Assembly (NCBI RefSeq): GCF_000237865.1
Contig: NC_017459.1
Coordinates: 1,830,001 to 1,862,000, forward strand
DNA: 32,000 nucleotides
Direction: 5' to 3'
DNA from: Haloquadratum walsbyi C23
GTDB lineage: Archaea; Halobacteriota; Halobacteria; Halobacteriales; Haloferacaceae
In this document: piece by piece, positions 12,073-20,004 of the stretch
Layout: every line of letters starts with the position of its first letter
Numbering within the stretch: position 1 is the first letter of the stretch
Made by a program: the position numbers and the translations under genes
The notes under the pieces: generated by a model
What the model saw: the letters and a program-made list of their open reading frames with translations, nothing else
Told to the model about the DNA's origin: nothing
The model's database searches: none

Positions 12073-13207
12073 TTTCGGAACGAATCAGATTGACCGGACA
12101 GCGACAGTATTCGGTGCTGTTCAGCCCTGAAAATGTCTGGGGGTTCACTCAGTCATCAAGTCCGGTCATAGCCGTTAGTGATTCACTATGTTTTACGAGG
12201 AGAGTGTTATGAAAGTTTAGGGTGCTAATTGAGTTATGTCATCATTCCAAAGCCTGGGGTTCCATCCTGCCTATTCAGTCTTAAAGTTGCTCTTAGAGCG
12301 GCGAAAGGCGCCGCTAAGCGATTTATTTATCTTGTGGGGACACTCGATGTGTTCCACGCCGGCGAAAGAAGCAGTCAAGATGGGTTAAACAGTTATTCAG
12401 GATTAGCCATTAATATCTTTTGTAGTGAAGAGACCCGGTTCCGACGCTGACCGACTCGTTGACAGGGGCGTGGATTGGATCTTCGTAGATTGGTGGGACT
12501 TGCTTGAGGATTGATTGAGTCATGGTGACGAAGTAGCGGGTATCGGATGAGTAGGGCAGCAATCGGTAGTCGAGTATACCAGTTCGTATAAATGGCTGCA
12601 GTGGACAGCGCCACATTAGACCAACGTTCTGCATGTCCGGTCACCGGAACCACAGCAGGCTTCCCGAACGGAGAGACTTAGTAATCACTTGGGCGGTATC
12701 CGAGGGCACTGGTCGTATCGGTATTCACCAGGGGTGTGTCAGGTCGATAATATAATGAATTCGTTCCGAGATTGTATCTTCCGACGAGCATCGACTTGGG
12801 TCGAGCAACCTGCCTGATTCTAGTTGCCTACATCATATTTTGATGTGTAGCCGAACGTATCCGGGGGAATATAAACGATTTTTTAATGAGTGGTATGCAA
12901 TGAGTTCAATCTACACACTGGTGAGCGTGTAACAGAAGATCTTGAGGAAGTGGCGCGAGATATGAGCTTGAGCAGTTATATGTGACGACGTCTCCCCAAG
13001 ATCCATTTGATTGTTCATTATTATTGATTATGTGTTTTGTGGTTTCGTGCTTGTCGCACCGAAAGTATCCCAGTCTTAGACAACTGAGGGAGTATTCTGG
13101 TCAGTAAGCGGTAATTAGTGTATTACTATGTAGTGTCACTACTATGATAAGACTCTATCTCAAGATGTTTCGAGGCGAGTCAGCGCCTCAGGTTACCACA
13201 CGTGGGT

Positions 13208-13576
13208 TCACTTTTGCTCTTGCTGGTAATCGAAATCAATCAATTCGGGAGAATCCTCCTCAATTGGTGATCGAATTTCAACCGTATGATCGGTATGGCG
13301 GACATGAGTCTTCGCCCAGCGGCGAGCTGGTCGTTCCTCAAGATATCTATCACTATCTGGGCACTGTTGACAACTAACAATCCATGGTGTTATTTCATCA
13401 GGAAAGTGACCGGTATGTCGCTCATGATCAAGTGCAAACTGTTCGACAGCTCGATTCCCAGCGTATAATTCCTCAAGTTCGTAATGAAGTGTCCACTCGC
13501 GATTGCATCGTGAACACGTGATAGTTGGTGTTTCATCTACAGGCTGGTCTACGGTCGAGTCCTTGTCCATACTCAA
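13208..13576 (-). CDS. small acidic metal-binding protein with an internal duplication of a CxxC...HxRHTxH module (122 aa)
   Basis: CSRC...FALDHERHTGH and CQQC...WAKTHVRHTDH. The composition is acidic. The hairpin GAGGCG-AGTCAG-CGCCTC at 13171-13188 lies just 3' of the stop. Confidence 0.7.
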   Translation of the reverse strand: MSMDKDSTVDQPVDETPTITCSRCNREWTLHYELEELYAGNRAVEQFALDHERHTGHFPDEITPWIVSCQQCPDSDRYLEERPARRWAKTHVRHTDHTVEIRSPIEEDSPELIDFDYQQEQK

Positions 13577-13754
13577 TTATGTATCCCAACTCACTTTTGC
13601 TCTCGTCTCCATTTCGCCTTCATATCGTACGATATATCAATAAAAAATCACTGCTTTTGTATTGCTCAGACCGAGGAGGACACAGAAAGAGTCTATTAAC
13701 AATAATATAATATCAGGGATTGATAGCATATATTAACCACGATCACTGTCAGGA

Positions 13755-14210
13755 GTGCAGTCATTGATCATGTATGTTCCCTCATATATTACAGATTCGG
13801 GTGATATCGCAGTCGTCACACATTGTGGACGCCGTAGTGGTGTGGTTGCTGCGAACATCGCCTGTGGTCTTACTGAATTCGGTCGCGATACGACAGGTAT
13901 CTCCCAAGTCAGAGATGAGTATGATGCCGAGGTCGTTATTGACTCAATACAACGGTGGAATGTTGACACCAGTCATATTCGCCGGGATGATGAGCTTCCG
14001 TCACACGTGAATGTGTTCCGTGGACCAGAGGGCGACCGGATGATCATTGCTGGTGGTATACTGTATAGAAATTTCGCCTTACCGTATCCGATCGATTGCA
14101 ACCACACAGACTGCTTCTGTTGCCTTTACAGGCGGTCTAGGAGAATGCCCCGGGGCTTGACCTCGAGGCGATTCATAAGTGCATATGCGCCTGATCAGGG
14201 TGGTGACTAA
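13755..14210 (+). pseudogene. remnant of a PfkB/ribokinase-family sugar kinase (only about the N-terminal third is recognisable)
   Basis: GVVAANIACGLTEFGRDTTGISQVRDEYDAEVVIDSIQRWNVDTSHIRRDD...GDRMII matches the N-terminal PfkB pattern (GG.A.N.A..L..LG; GVDTS.I). Past ~14070 the ORF turns Cys/Arg-rich and runs through a GC-rich repeat (14145-14175). The C-terminal ATP-binding half is absent. Confidence 0.55.
14145..14175 (+). repeat. GC-rich palindrome-containing repeat, copy 1 (ATGCCCCGGGGCTTGACCTCGAGGCGATTCA)
   Basis: Near-identical in reverse complement to 29059-29088 (2 differences). Flanking similarity (ACAGGCGG / CACAGA) extends the unit to ~14105-14175. Confidence 0.75.
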
Positions 14211-14625
14211 ATTACCCAAGTTGAGTCGCGTCAGGAATATTAGCACATTAGTGTTTGACCTCTCATAGTGATTAGTGCAAGTCTTTACCGCCGTGATTAT
14301 CCGTGTCGGTGATGGGAGCCGCTGAACCCGCGTCATTCGACACCGTCAGTGAAGTTATTCGAACTAATCACTATCAGGATCACTTCCACAGTTGAAGAAT
14401 GAGGAACAAAACTTACAATAATTGATGCGGTCGCAGCCACTTCGGACCTGTTCATGAAGCAACGGCGCGATTATATCTAGATCTAAATCAGGATTCAAAG
14501 ATCGCTGTAGAAATATTATCTGCGACTAGTTCATAACTGGTTGTGGTTATTTTTGCTAGCGGAAGTGCGTACATATCTGATGGGGATGGTATTCCGATTC
14601 ACACTCTAGTAACGACATCGGCGCA

Positions 14626-14637
14626 TTGACATCCTCC
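14626..14637 (+). repeat. TTGACATCCTCC motif, copy 1
   Basis: Exact 12-mer shared with 15772-15783 and 19993-20004. Confidence 0.6.
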
Positions 14638-14840
14638 AATGGCTAAATACGGGTTTTCTTCTTATATTCTATAATCAAATGGATATAATATGTGAGCTGC
14701 CTCTGGATTATATTTAATTCTCAAGACGCTCATTGTTCAGCTTGTAGGATAGCCTACATCAATTACATAGCGTCAATTAGTTTACAGACGCGGTCTTCGT
14801 TAACTGGTGCGGTTATTTTATTGGATTTTTGTAGTTTCCT

Positions 14841-15473
14841 TCAGACAATCGCAAGTAAGTGAATAAATTGCCAACCCATATATAGTGCCACAATCCACAC
14901 AATGACTGCTGAGACGACGTTTAGGTATTCCATCCACAGATTGGCATTCGCTGATTCTCCAAGTGCACGACCTGTTATGGCTAATCCGCTAAACCATCCC
15001 CACGATACAATTAGACACCCTGCGGTGAACACCCACCGATCTGGGGTTGTGTATGCCAGCGCATTGGTCCCAATTACTCCGACGGTGTCTAAGATTGCAT
15101 GTGGATTCAACAATGAGACAGATGCAGTGAATCCGACTTGCTCACGAACGCCAAGAAATTCTTGTGTGTGTGGATTCACTTCAACCGCGGGAGCGGTATA
15201 GAGCGTCCACCCAATATACACCAACATCACAAATCCGGCTCCGAATAAAGTGGTCTGTAACCACGCAAATTCAATCACTACGGCTGACACACCGAGTACC
15301 CCAAGTAAAATAAGCAGTGTATCAGACAGTCCTGCAGTGAGTACAGTCGGTAGCGCTCGGCTAATGTCAGGTTGAAGTGCACCCTGCTGAAAGACAAAGA
15401 CGTTCTGAGGACCAAGTGCAAGGATAAGCCCAATAGCAAGTGTAATTCCGTGTGTGAATGCAGTGAGAGACAT
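14841..15473 (-). CDS. LysE/ArgO-family basic amino-acid exporter (210 aa)
   Basis: Six hydrophobic segments, the N-terminal signature LALGPQNVFVFQQG, and a size typical of the LysE family. Confidence 0.85.
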   Translation of the reverse strand: MSLTAFTHGITLAIGLILALGPQNVFVFQQGALQPDISRALPTVLTAGLSDTLLILLGVLGVSAVVIEFAWLQTTLFGAGFVMLVYIGWTLYTAPAVEVNPHTQEFLGVREQVGFTASVSLLNPHAILDTVGVIGTNALAYTTPDRWVFTAGCLIVSWGWFSGLAITGRALGESANANLWMEYLNVVSAVIVWIVALYMGWQFIHLLAIV

Positions 15474-15686
15474 ATTTACTTAACCACTGATTTGAGAAGT
15501 GTTCAGACGATTATTTTGCTGGCTACATATAAATATTCGACTGGTTATTGATGTAAAATATAATATTTGAATGACTGGTTTGATATCACACATATCATCG
15601 ATATTTAATTGCCAGCCCTCGTGGATGACCCACTTGAATTGATTTGATTCACTCTCATCATGGACGGCAGGATTCTCTCACTAGGT

Positions 15687-15702
15687 GATAGTATCTACTA
15701 TC
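15687..15702. promoter_or_regulatory. perfect 16-nt palindrome GATAGTA-TC-TACTATC (outer arms TCACT/AGTGA extend it to 15679-15709)
   Basis: It lies in the divergent intergenic region between the LysE-type gene and the 15793 ORF. Dyad symmetry is typical of a dimeric regulator site. Confidence 0.3.
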
Positions 15703-15771
15703 AGAGTGACTCAGCTATATGTTATTTCATATCTGATATCTGGCGGTTAATACTGTTACAGTATCTCAGCA

Positions 15772-15783
15772 TTGACATCCTCC
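15772..15783 (+). repeat. TTGACATCCTCC motif, copy 2
   Basis: Exact 12-mer. The flanks also resemble copy 3 (TATCTCAGCATTGACATCCTCCGC vs TATATCAGCTTGACATCCTCCTCCGC). Confidence 0.6.
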
Positions 15784-15792
15784 GCTCGTCAT

Positions 15793-16932
15793 ATGTCGTC
15801 AGTTTCTAGCAAAGCCGGTATATCTGCTGAGCGCTCAATATTGTATATGAGTATTCGAGCGCTCAATCAGCAAAATCCGGATAATTTGCGGTTTCGCGTT
15901 GATCAGGTTGTCTCTTCGGAGGTATCAAAAGCTAATGGGATGAAAATATTATATTGTACAGACATTGAGCGGACACAGACGCGAGTTGCAGTCACCAGCC
16001 CATCACCAGAAGATAACTCATTCGAGTGGCAACAAGGGCAATGGTATGAGTTTAATCAAATAACGCGGAGCCACGAGATTCAGACAGCAGGGACCCCGGC
16101 ATTTGCCATAACCTCAGGCAATAAGAACTGTGAGCGAATTGAGCCTCCAGCGATAGACTCCCCGTCTAGGTCTGAGGAATCTATTGCAAGCAACATGTCA
16201 ATTCCAAAACTCAGCGAGCGGTCTGACCGTATCGGACTCGCGGTTACGGTTATTCCAGCGAGCGGTGAGCAAGCAATTTCTCCGGACAATCCTGCTGGTT
16301 ATGAGATAACAGCAGTTTGTATTGATTCATTCGATACACCAACAGACCCCCCAGTCTATCATCGAGCAGCAGCTGATAGTCACGATGAGCGGATATTACT
16401 TGAACATGTTGTCGAGGATTTAAGACAGACAGACGCAAGGACAATACTCACCTGGAGTAATACTTCCGACTCAATTGAATTGCTCGCATCTCGACATCAG
16501 CAACTTGCTGATGGAAATATATTGTATCGAGAAAATGATGATGTGTTTGATGGGTTTTACTATGCGGATTTATCTCGGCTTGGAGTTCGTCATAACTATA
16601 CCGATAGTATCAAAATGGCACAATCACTTGACGGTGATATAACGGCTGAGTACCCACGCTTCGACCCAGACGCAATTGAGAACGATCCAAATGAGTGGCG
16701 GGCAGAGTGGGATCTGGCAGAGACACCATTAACAGACCGAACTGACACAAGATTGACCAAACAAGATTATCGAACACTTCTTGAGTCGCACTTCGCCGGC
16801 AATAGCACCACCCCTGATGCGTTGGCAACGTGTCTCCAGTCATTTGTGAGCGCTCAATTAGAGCCGCTTCACTCTATCAGTACCCACAATGTTGCAGCAC
16901 ATCTTGGCTGTCCCCGGCTGATAACTGCATAG
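15793..16932 (+). CDS. hypothetical protein (~380 aa); possible N-terminal OB-fold-like segment and degenerate RNase H-like/exonuclease-like middle region
   Basis: Long ORF with acidic composition. Start is uncertain (TTG 15772, ATG 15793, ATG 15847). DERILLEHVVEDLRQTDARTILTWSNTSDSIELLASR resembles the E..lL..f...l....lvtyNG..FD..fL..R block of PolB-exonuclease-like RNase H-fold proteins, but without the acidic catalytic residues. Confidence 0.6.
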   Translation: MSSVSSKAGISAERSILYMSIRALNQQNPDNLRFRVDQVVSSEVSKANGMKILYCTDIERTQTRVAVTSPSPEDNSFEWQQGQWYEFNQITRSHEIQTAGTPAFAITSGNKNCERIEPPAIDSPSRSEESIASNMSIPKLSERSDRIGLAVTVIPASGEQAISPDNPAGYEITAVCIDSFDTPTDPPVYHRAAADSHDERILLEHVVEDLRQTDARTILTWSNTSDSIELLASRHQQLADGNILYRENDDVFDGFYYADLSRLGVRHNYTDSIKMAQSLDGDITAEYPRFDPDAIENDPNEWRAEWDLAETPLTDRTDTRLTKQDYRTLLESHFAGNSTTPDALATCLQSFVSAQLEPLHSISTHNVAAHLGCPRLITA

Positions 16933-17082
16933 TGAGCTAATTATTTCTCACTAGTATAACATTGAGACATATGATACACGCGTGTTATGACATTCAAAAG
17001 AGATGGCTTCGTTGATCTCGTGAGTACAATAATTACTCGTCCTGTCTAATAATTGGGGTTTGAAACTCATATCGACTCCGTT

Positions 17083-18348
17083 TCAATAATAAGCTACTGA
17101 GAAAACCGCACCAATTGACTGTGGCGACATCCAAGATGGTATTACGATTAACGCTGCATTAATTATTTTCGCTGGCAGAATAGACCTGAGGAAGTTCTTT
17201 ATTAACCCAACAATCGATTTGAATTGTGATGTTTTTGCATCACGCGTTCCTTGTGATGCTAAATCAAGTGTTGCTGCTGAGGATCCGCCACTGCTTTCAT
17301 CTCCTGTCCCCAGTCGTTCAGCCTCATAGTTTGAAACACCGGTTATTTTCCAAACAATGTCGCCTGACTCGTTAATCTCAAGAATCCGACCTGAATTTGA
17401 ATCCGAAATCAGCGTGTGTCCGTTTGGAAGTCTATCAGCATCACGTGGCCACTGCATCTCTGTATCCGACCACTGCCAACTTCGTTGCCAACTGTCATTT
17501 GTGCGTTGATATTCGACGACTCGATTATTTTGTGAATCTGCAACGATAACCGCCGGACCGCCCCGCTCTTTTGGAATATAATCTGGATTATGCTGTTCAT
17601 AGAGACTCGAATATTCACTCTCCGCACCGAGTGTCCAGTCCTCAATCAGCCCTTCACCAGGTTGGATGAATATGACTTGATCTTGATTTCGAAGGCTTAT
17701 CATAATTCGACCATCAGCAAGTGCTTCGACATCGTTGAGATGAGTCCAGTCAGTCGGCCATGATCCACCGCCGCTGAGAGGATAGTTATCTTGAGCATGC
17801 CATTCATATACGCGTTCTTCGGTCGTTGTATTGACAATAAACACCGAATCCCGGTAGATATCAGCGACGACTAATCTATGAGGTCCAAGACGGTCAACAT
17901 CATGCCACCGATGAGGACCGCCGGTTCGTGGCACAATATGCGTATACACTATTTCTGAATTTCCTGTTGTCAGGTTAATTCGCTGGACAAACTGGCGCGT
18001 TGTATCTAAATCAAGGTACTCAACACCGACAACTTCGACAGTACTCGAACCATTCGCAATCGGGTCAACATCGTGATACCGATCAAACGTATCGTTATAA
18101 TAGAGGAGGCGCCCATCGGGTGCAAATGCGATCAACCGGTCACCAGGGTGGTCGCTAATGACGGTTGTATTTTTATTTGACTGGACGACTTGCTTACGCT
18201 CAGAGAATGGAAGCTGTGATTGCTGCTCTAATGTTGCGTCTGCTGTTTGTTCATTGCTTGACCCGCCAGCAAAATCGATGAAAATGACACCTGTAGAAAT
18301 TACGATAGTACAAACGCAGAAGTATATAAGATATCGTTCTAATGCCAC
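17083..18348 (-). CDS. arylsulfotransferase (ASST)-like beta-propeller protein with N- and C-terminal hydrophobic anchors (421 aa)
   Basis: N-terminal TM (YLIYFCVCTIVISTGVIFI), repeated propeller-like blades, TDWTHLNDVEAL (ASST-type H.ND motif) and a C-terminal hydrophobic tail. The start is GTG. Confidence 0.6.
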   Translation of the reverse strand: MALERYLIYFCVCTIVISTGVIFIDFAGGSSNEQTADATLEQQSQLPFSERKQVVQSNKNTTVISDHPGDRLIAFAPDGRLLYYNDTFDRYHDVDPIANGSSTVEVVGVEYLDLDTTRQFVQRINLTTGNSEIVYTHIVPRTGGPHRWHDVDRLGPHRLVVADIYRDSVFIVNTTTEERVYEWHAQDNYPLSGGGSWPTDWTHLNDVEALADGRIMISLRNQDQVIFIQPGEGLIEDWTLGAESEYSSLYEQHNPDYIPKERGGPAVIVADSQNNRVVEYQRTNDSWQRSWQWSDTEMQWPRDADRLPNGHTLISDSNSGRILEINESGDIVWKITGVSNYEAERLGTGDESSGGSSAATLDLASQGTRDAKTSQFKSIVGLIKNFLRSILPAKIINAALIVIPSWMSPQSIGAVFSVAYY

Positions 18349-18595
18349 CGTGTAATCTCATGATTGCTCAATATATAAAACTGCAATACTATGGCATGAT
18401 TGGTACTCAGATTGATTCAGTGATAAAACTGGAACCATATTCGCTCATTCCTGTTCACAAACGAATTCTATATAATTCACGGGCATAGTGAATAATAAAG
18501 ACTGGATAAATGGCTGCCCACCTGATAAATAGCTGATAATGTCTCTATTGAGATGTTATATCGGAGACAGATTATCGGAGTGGATTCGAGTGACA

Positions 18596-19482
18596 TATTG
18601 ATATTCTCCCGCGCCTGAAGAGCGAGGACTCGTGGGCAGCGCTCCTTGTGTCGGATTCATTTCCCGCGTTAACGCACGGGGCTTTCTCCTTGACTCTCCA
18701 CAATTCGCCGGACGGTGGAGAATTCCGGTCCGGACTGATATGATAACATATTATCGCTTCAACACTTGCGAGGTGGAGTCCCCTTCCTCAAGGCTTCTTT
18801 AGTGCAGGCAAACTCAACCACGCTCGGAGAGAGTTTGAGAGAACTCGTGGCAACCTACAGGAATGTGGAACGCAGTCAGCACACCGTACTTTGCAGGAGG
18901 TGAGTGGTCGGGAAGATGAATTCGTGAAGCACATCCTACACTCTGTGGCGAACCGAATTGTTCAGGAAGCTATTGAACACGATTGTGACGGAATTATCTT
19001 CGAGAAGCTGGACGGTATTCGAAAAGAGCTTCCAGAAGCTGACTGGCATTCGATGTGGGCATTCCGTAAACTCAAGAAATTTGTTGAGTACAAAGCGGAG
19101 GAGCGTGGATTGTTTGTGGATACAGTCAATCCGAAGAACACGTCGAAGCGATGCAACGAGTGCGAATGTGTTCGGGATGGTAATCGTCACGGTGACGAGT
19201 TTGAGTGTCGTCGCTGCGGGAAGCAGAATCACGCCGACTACAACGCAGCGAAGAACGTGGCGGAGTTGTATCTCCTACGAGGCCATCAGCCGTCTCGTGG
19301 GAGGAGCCTCAGTCAATATGATCTGAAGTCAGGGTCAAGGACTCCGAGTTAGAGCATACAGCTCTCACCCAGCCTTGCTGTGAAACGAGGATTCGGGTTA
19401 GAGGGAGAGACCACTGACAAGCCCCACCCTCTATCGACCGAATCGGTTTACCCGATGAGGGAAGTAGGGTGGGGTAGTTGAC
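18596..19482 (+). mobile_element. internally deleted IS200/IS605-family element of the IS1341 (TnpB-only) type: left-end-like structured region, 3' two-fifths of tnpB, right-end hairpin
   Basis: TTGAT|ATTCTCCCGCGCC... at the left. A truncated tnpB occupies 18747-19352. The right end has a 10-bp stem GCCCCACCCT (19421-19430) / AGGGTGGGGT (19466-19475), followed by AGTTGAC ending at 19482. Confidence 0.75.
18747..19352 (+). pseudogene. tnpB: tnpB (RNA-guided nuclease / IS1341-type OrfB), N-terminally truncated
   Basis: FFSAGKLNHARREFERTRGNLQ...DGIIFEKLDGIRK...NPKNTSKRCNECECVRDGNRHGDEFECRRCGKQNHADYNAAKNV gives RuvC-II (E), the CxxC...CxxC zinc finger and RuvC-III (D). The N-terminal ~200-250 aa, including RuvC-I, is missing. 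The frame is closed by TAA at 18744. Confidence 0.85.
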
Positions 19483-19953
19483 CTACCTGTAATTGCTGTC
19501 TGCATCATTGGTACGCATACTATCAGTGACCTCAGTTTTGGTTTTGCGACCGCCCCAAAGTAATTTTTTAGGGAGTAATTGCACAACTAGCGGTTCACTA
19601 ACAGTTATTTGACACGATAACCGTGGATATCCGAAGCGAGCTGCAAGGCGGTCATGCCAGTGATTTGGGGTAGGTCCAGAGTCGGGGTACATGATATCAT
19701 TATCGTCGGTATGGATTTGAGTATCAGCAATATCATTTTGTTGATTGTTATAGACACGCACCCGAACACCACAGGTTGCACAAAGACCATTACCACCACA
19801 ATTGAGTGTTTCACTCAGGCGTCCATACGGGGAGAAGTCATGATTACGGAGGGCATCGCGAAGGTTGGTGCCGATGCTGACAGTGATCTTTGTCTTGGTG
19901 TCAGTATCAATAACAATTACTGGGATACTATCGGTGTTCTCTGACATAGTCAT
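19483..19953 (-). CDS. 2Fe-2S ferredoxin-domain protein (156 aa)
   Basis: CGGNGLCATCGV...PRLSCQITV is the plant-type/2Fe-2S cluster ligand pattern. The stop codon (19483-19485) directly abuts the IS right end. Confidence 0.85.
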   Translation of the reverse strand: MTMSENTDSIPVIVIDTDTKTKITVSIGTNLRDALRNHDFSPYGRLSETLNCGGNGLCATCGVRVRVYNNQQNDIADTQIHTDDNDIMYPDSGPTPNHWHDRLAARFGYPRLSCQITVSEPLVVQLLPKKLLWGGRKTKTEVTDSMRTNDADSNYR

Positions 19954-19992
19954 TAAGAGATGATACTAGAAGAATAATGTGTATATATCAGC

Positions 19993-20004
19993 TTGACATC
20001 CTCC
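19993..20004 (+). repeat. TTGACATCCTCC motif, copy 3
   Basis: Exact 12-mer, 40 nt upstream of the ferredoxin start and at the left edge of the GC-rich island. Confidence 0.6.

Noticed and set aside
11379-12148. ORFs 11379-11741 (120 aa, ends 6 nt before the HPP gene start) and 11756-12148 (130 aa) on the minus strand
   Set aside because: They are Cys/Trp/Arg-rich with no motif. They are in different frames, and the second overlaps the tRNA-fragment repeat. They are more likely decayed or non-coding DNA. The first might be the remnant of an upstream operon partner, but I cannot support it.
12229-12653. ORFs 12229-12450 (+), 12393-12653 (-) and 12410-12634 (-)
   Set aside because: They overlap one another, have non-acidic composition and show no recognisable family. 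I looked for integrase or transposase signatures because of the nearby att-like repeat and found none.
14264-14374. 11-nt inverted repeat CATAGTGATTAG / CTAATCACTAT ~90 nt apart, and related TAGTGA strings at 12176 and 20083
   Set aside because: Short AT-rich matches of this length are expected a few times by chance in a 32-kb window. No target-site duplication or further terminal similarity suggests a MITE.
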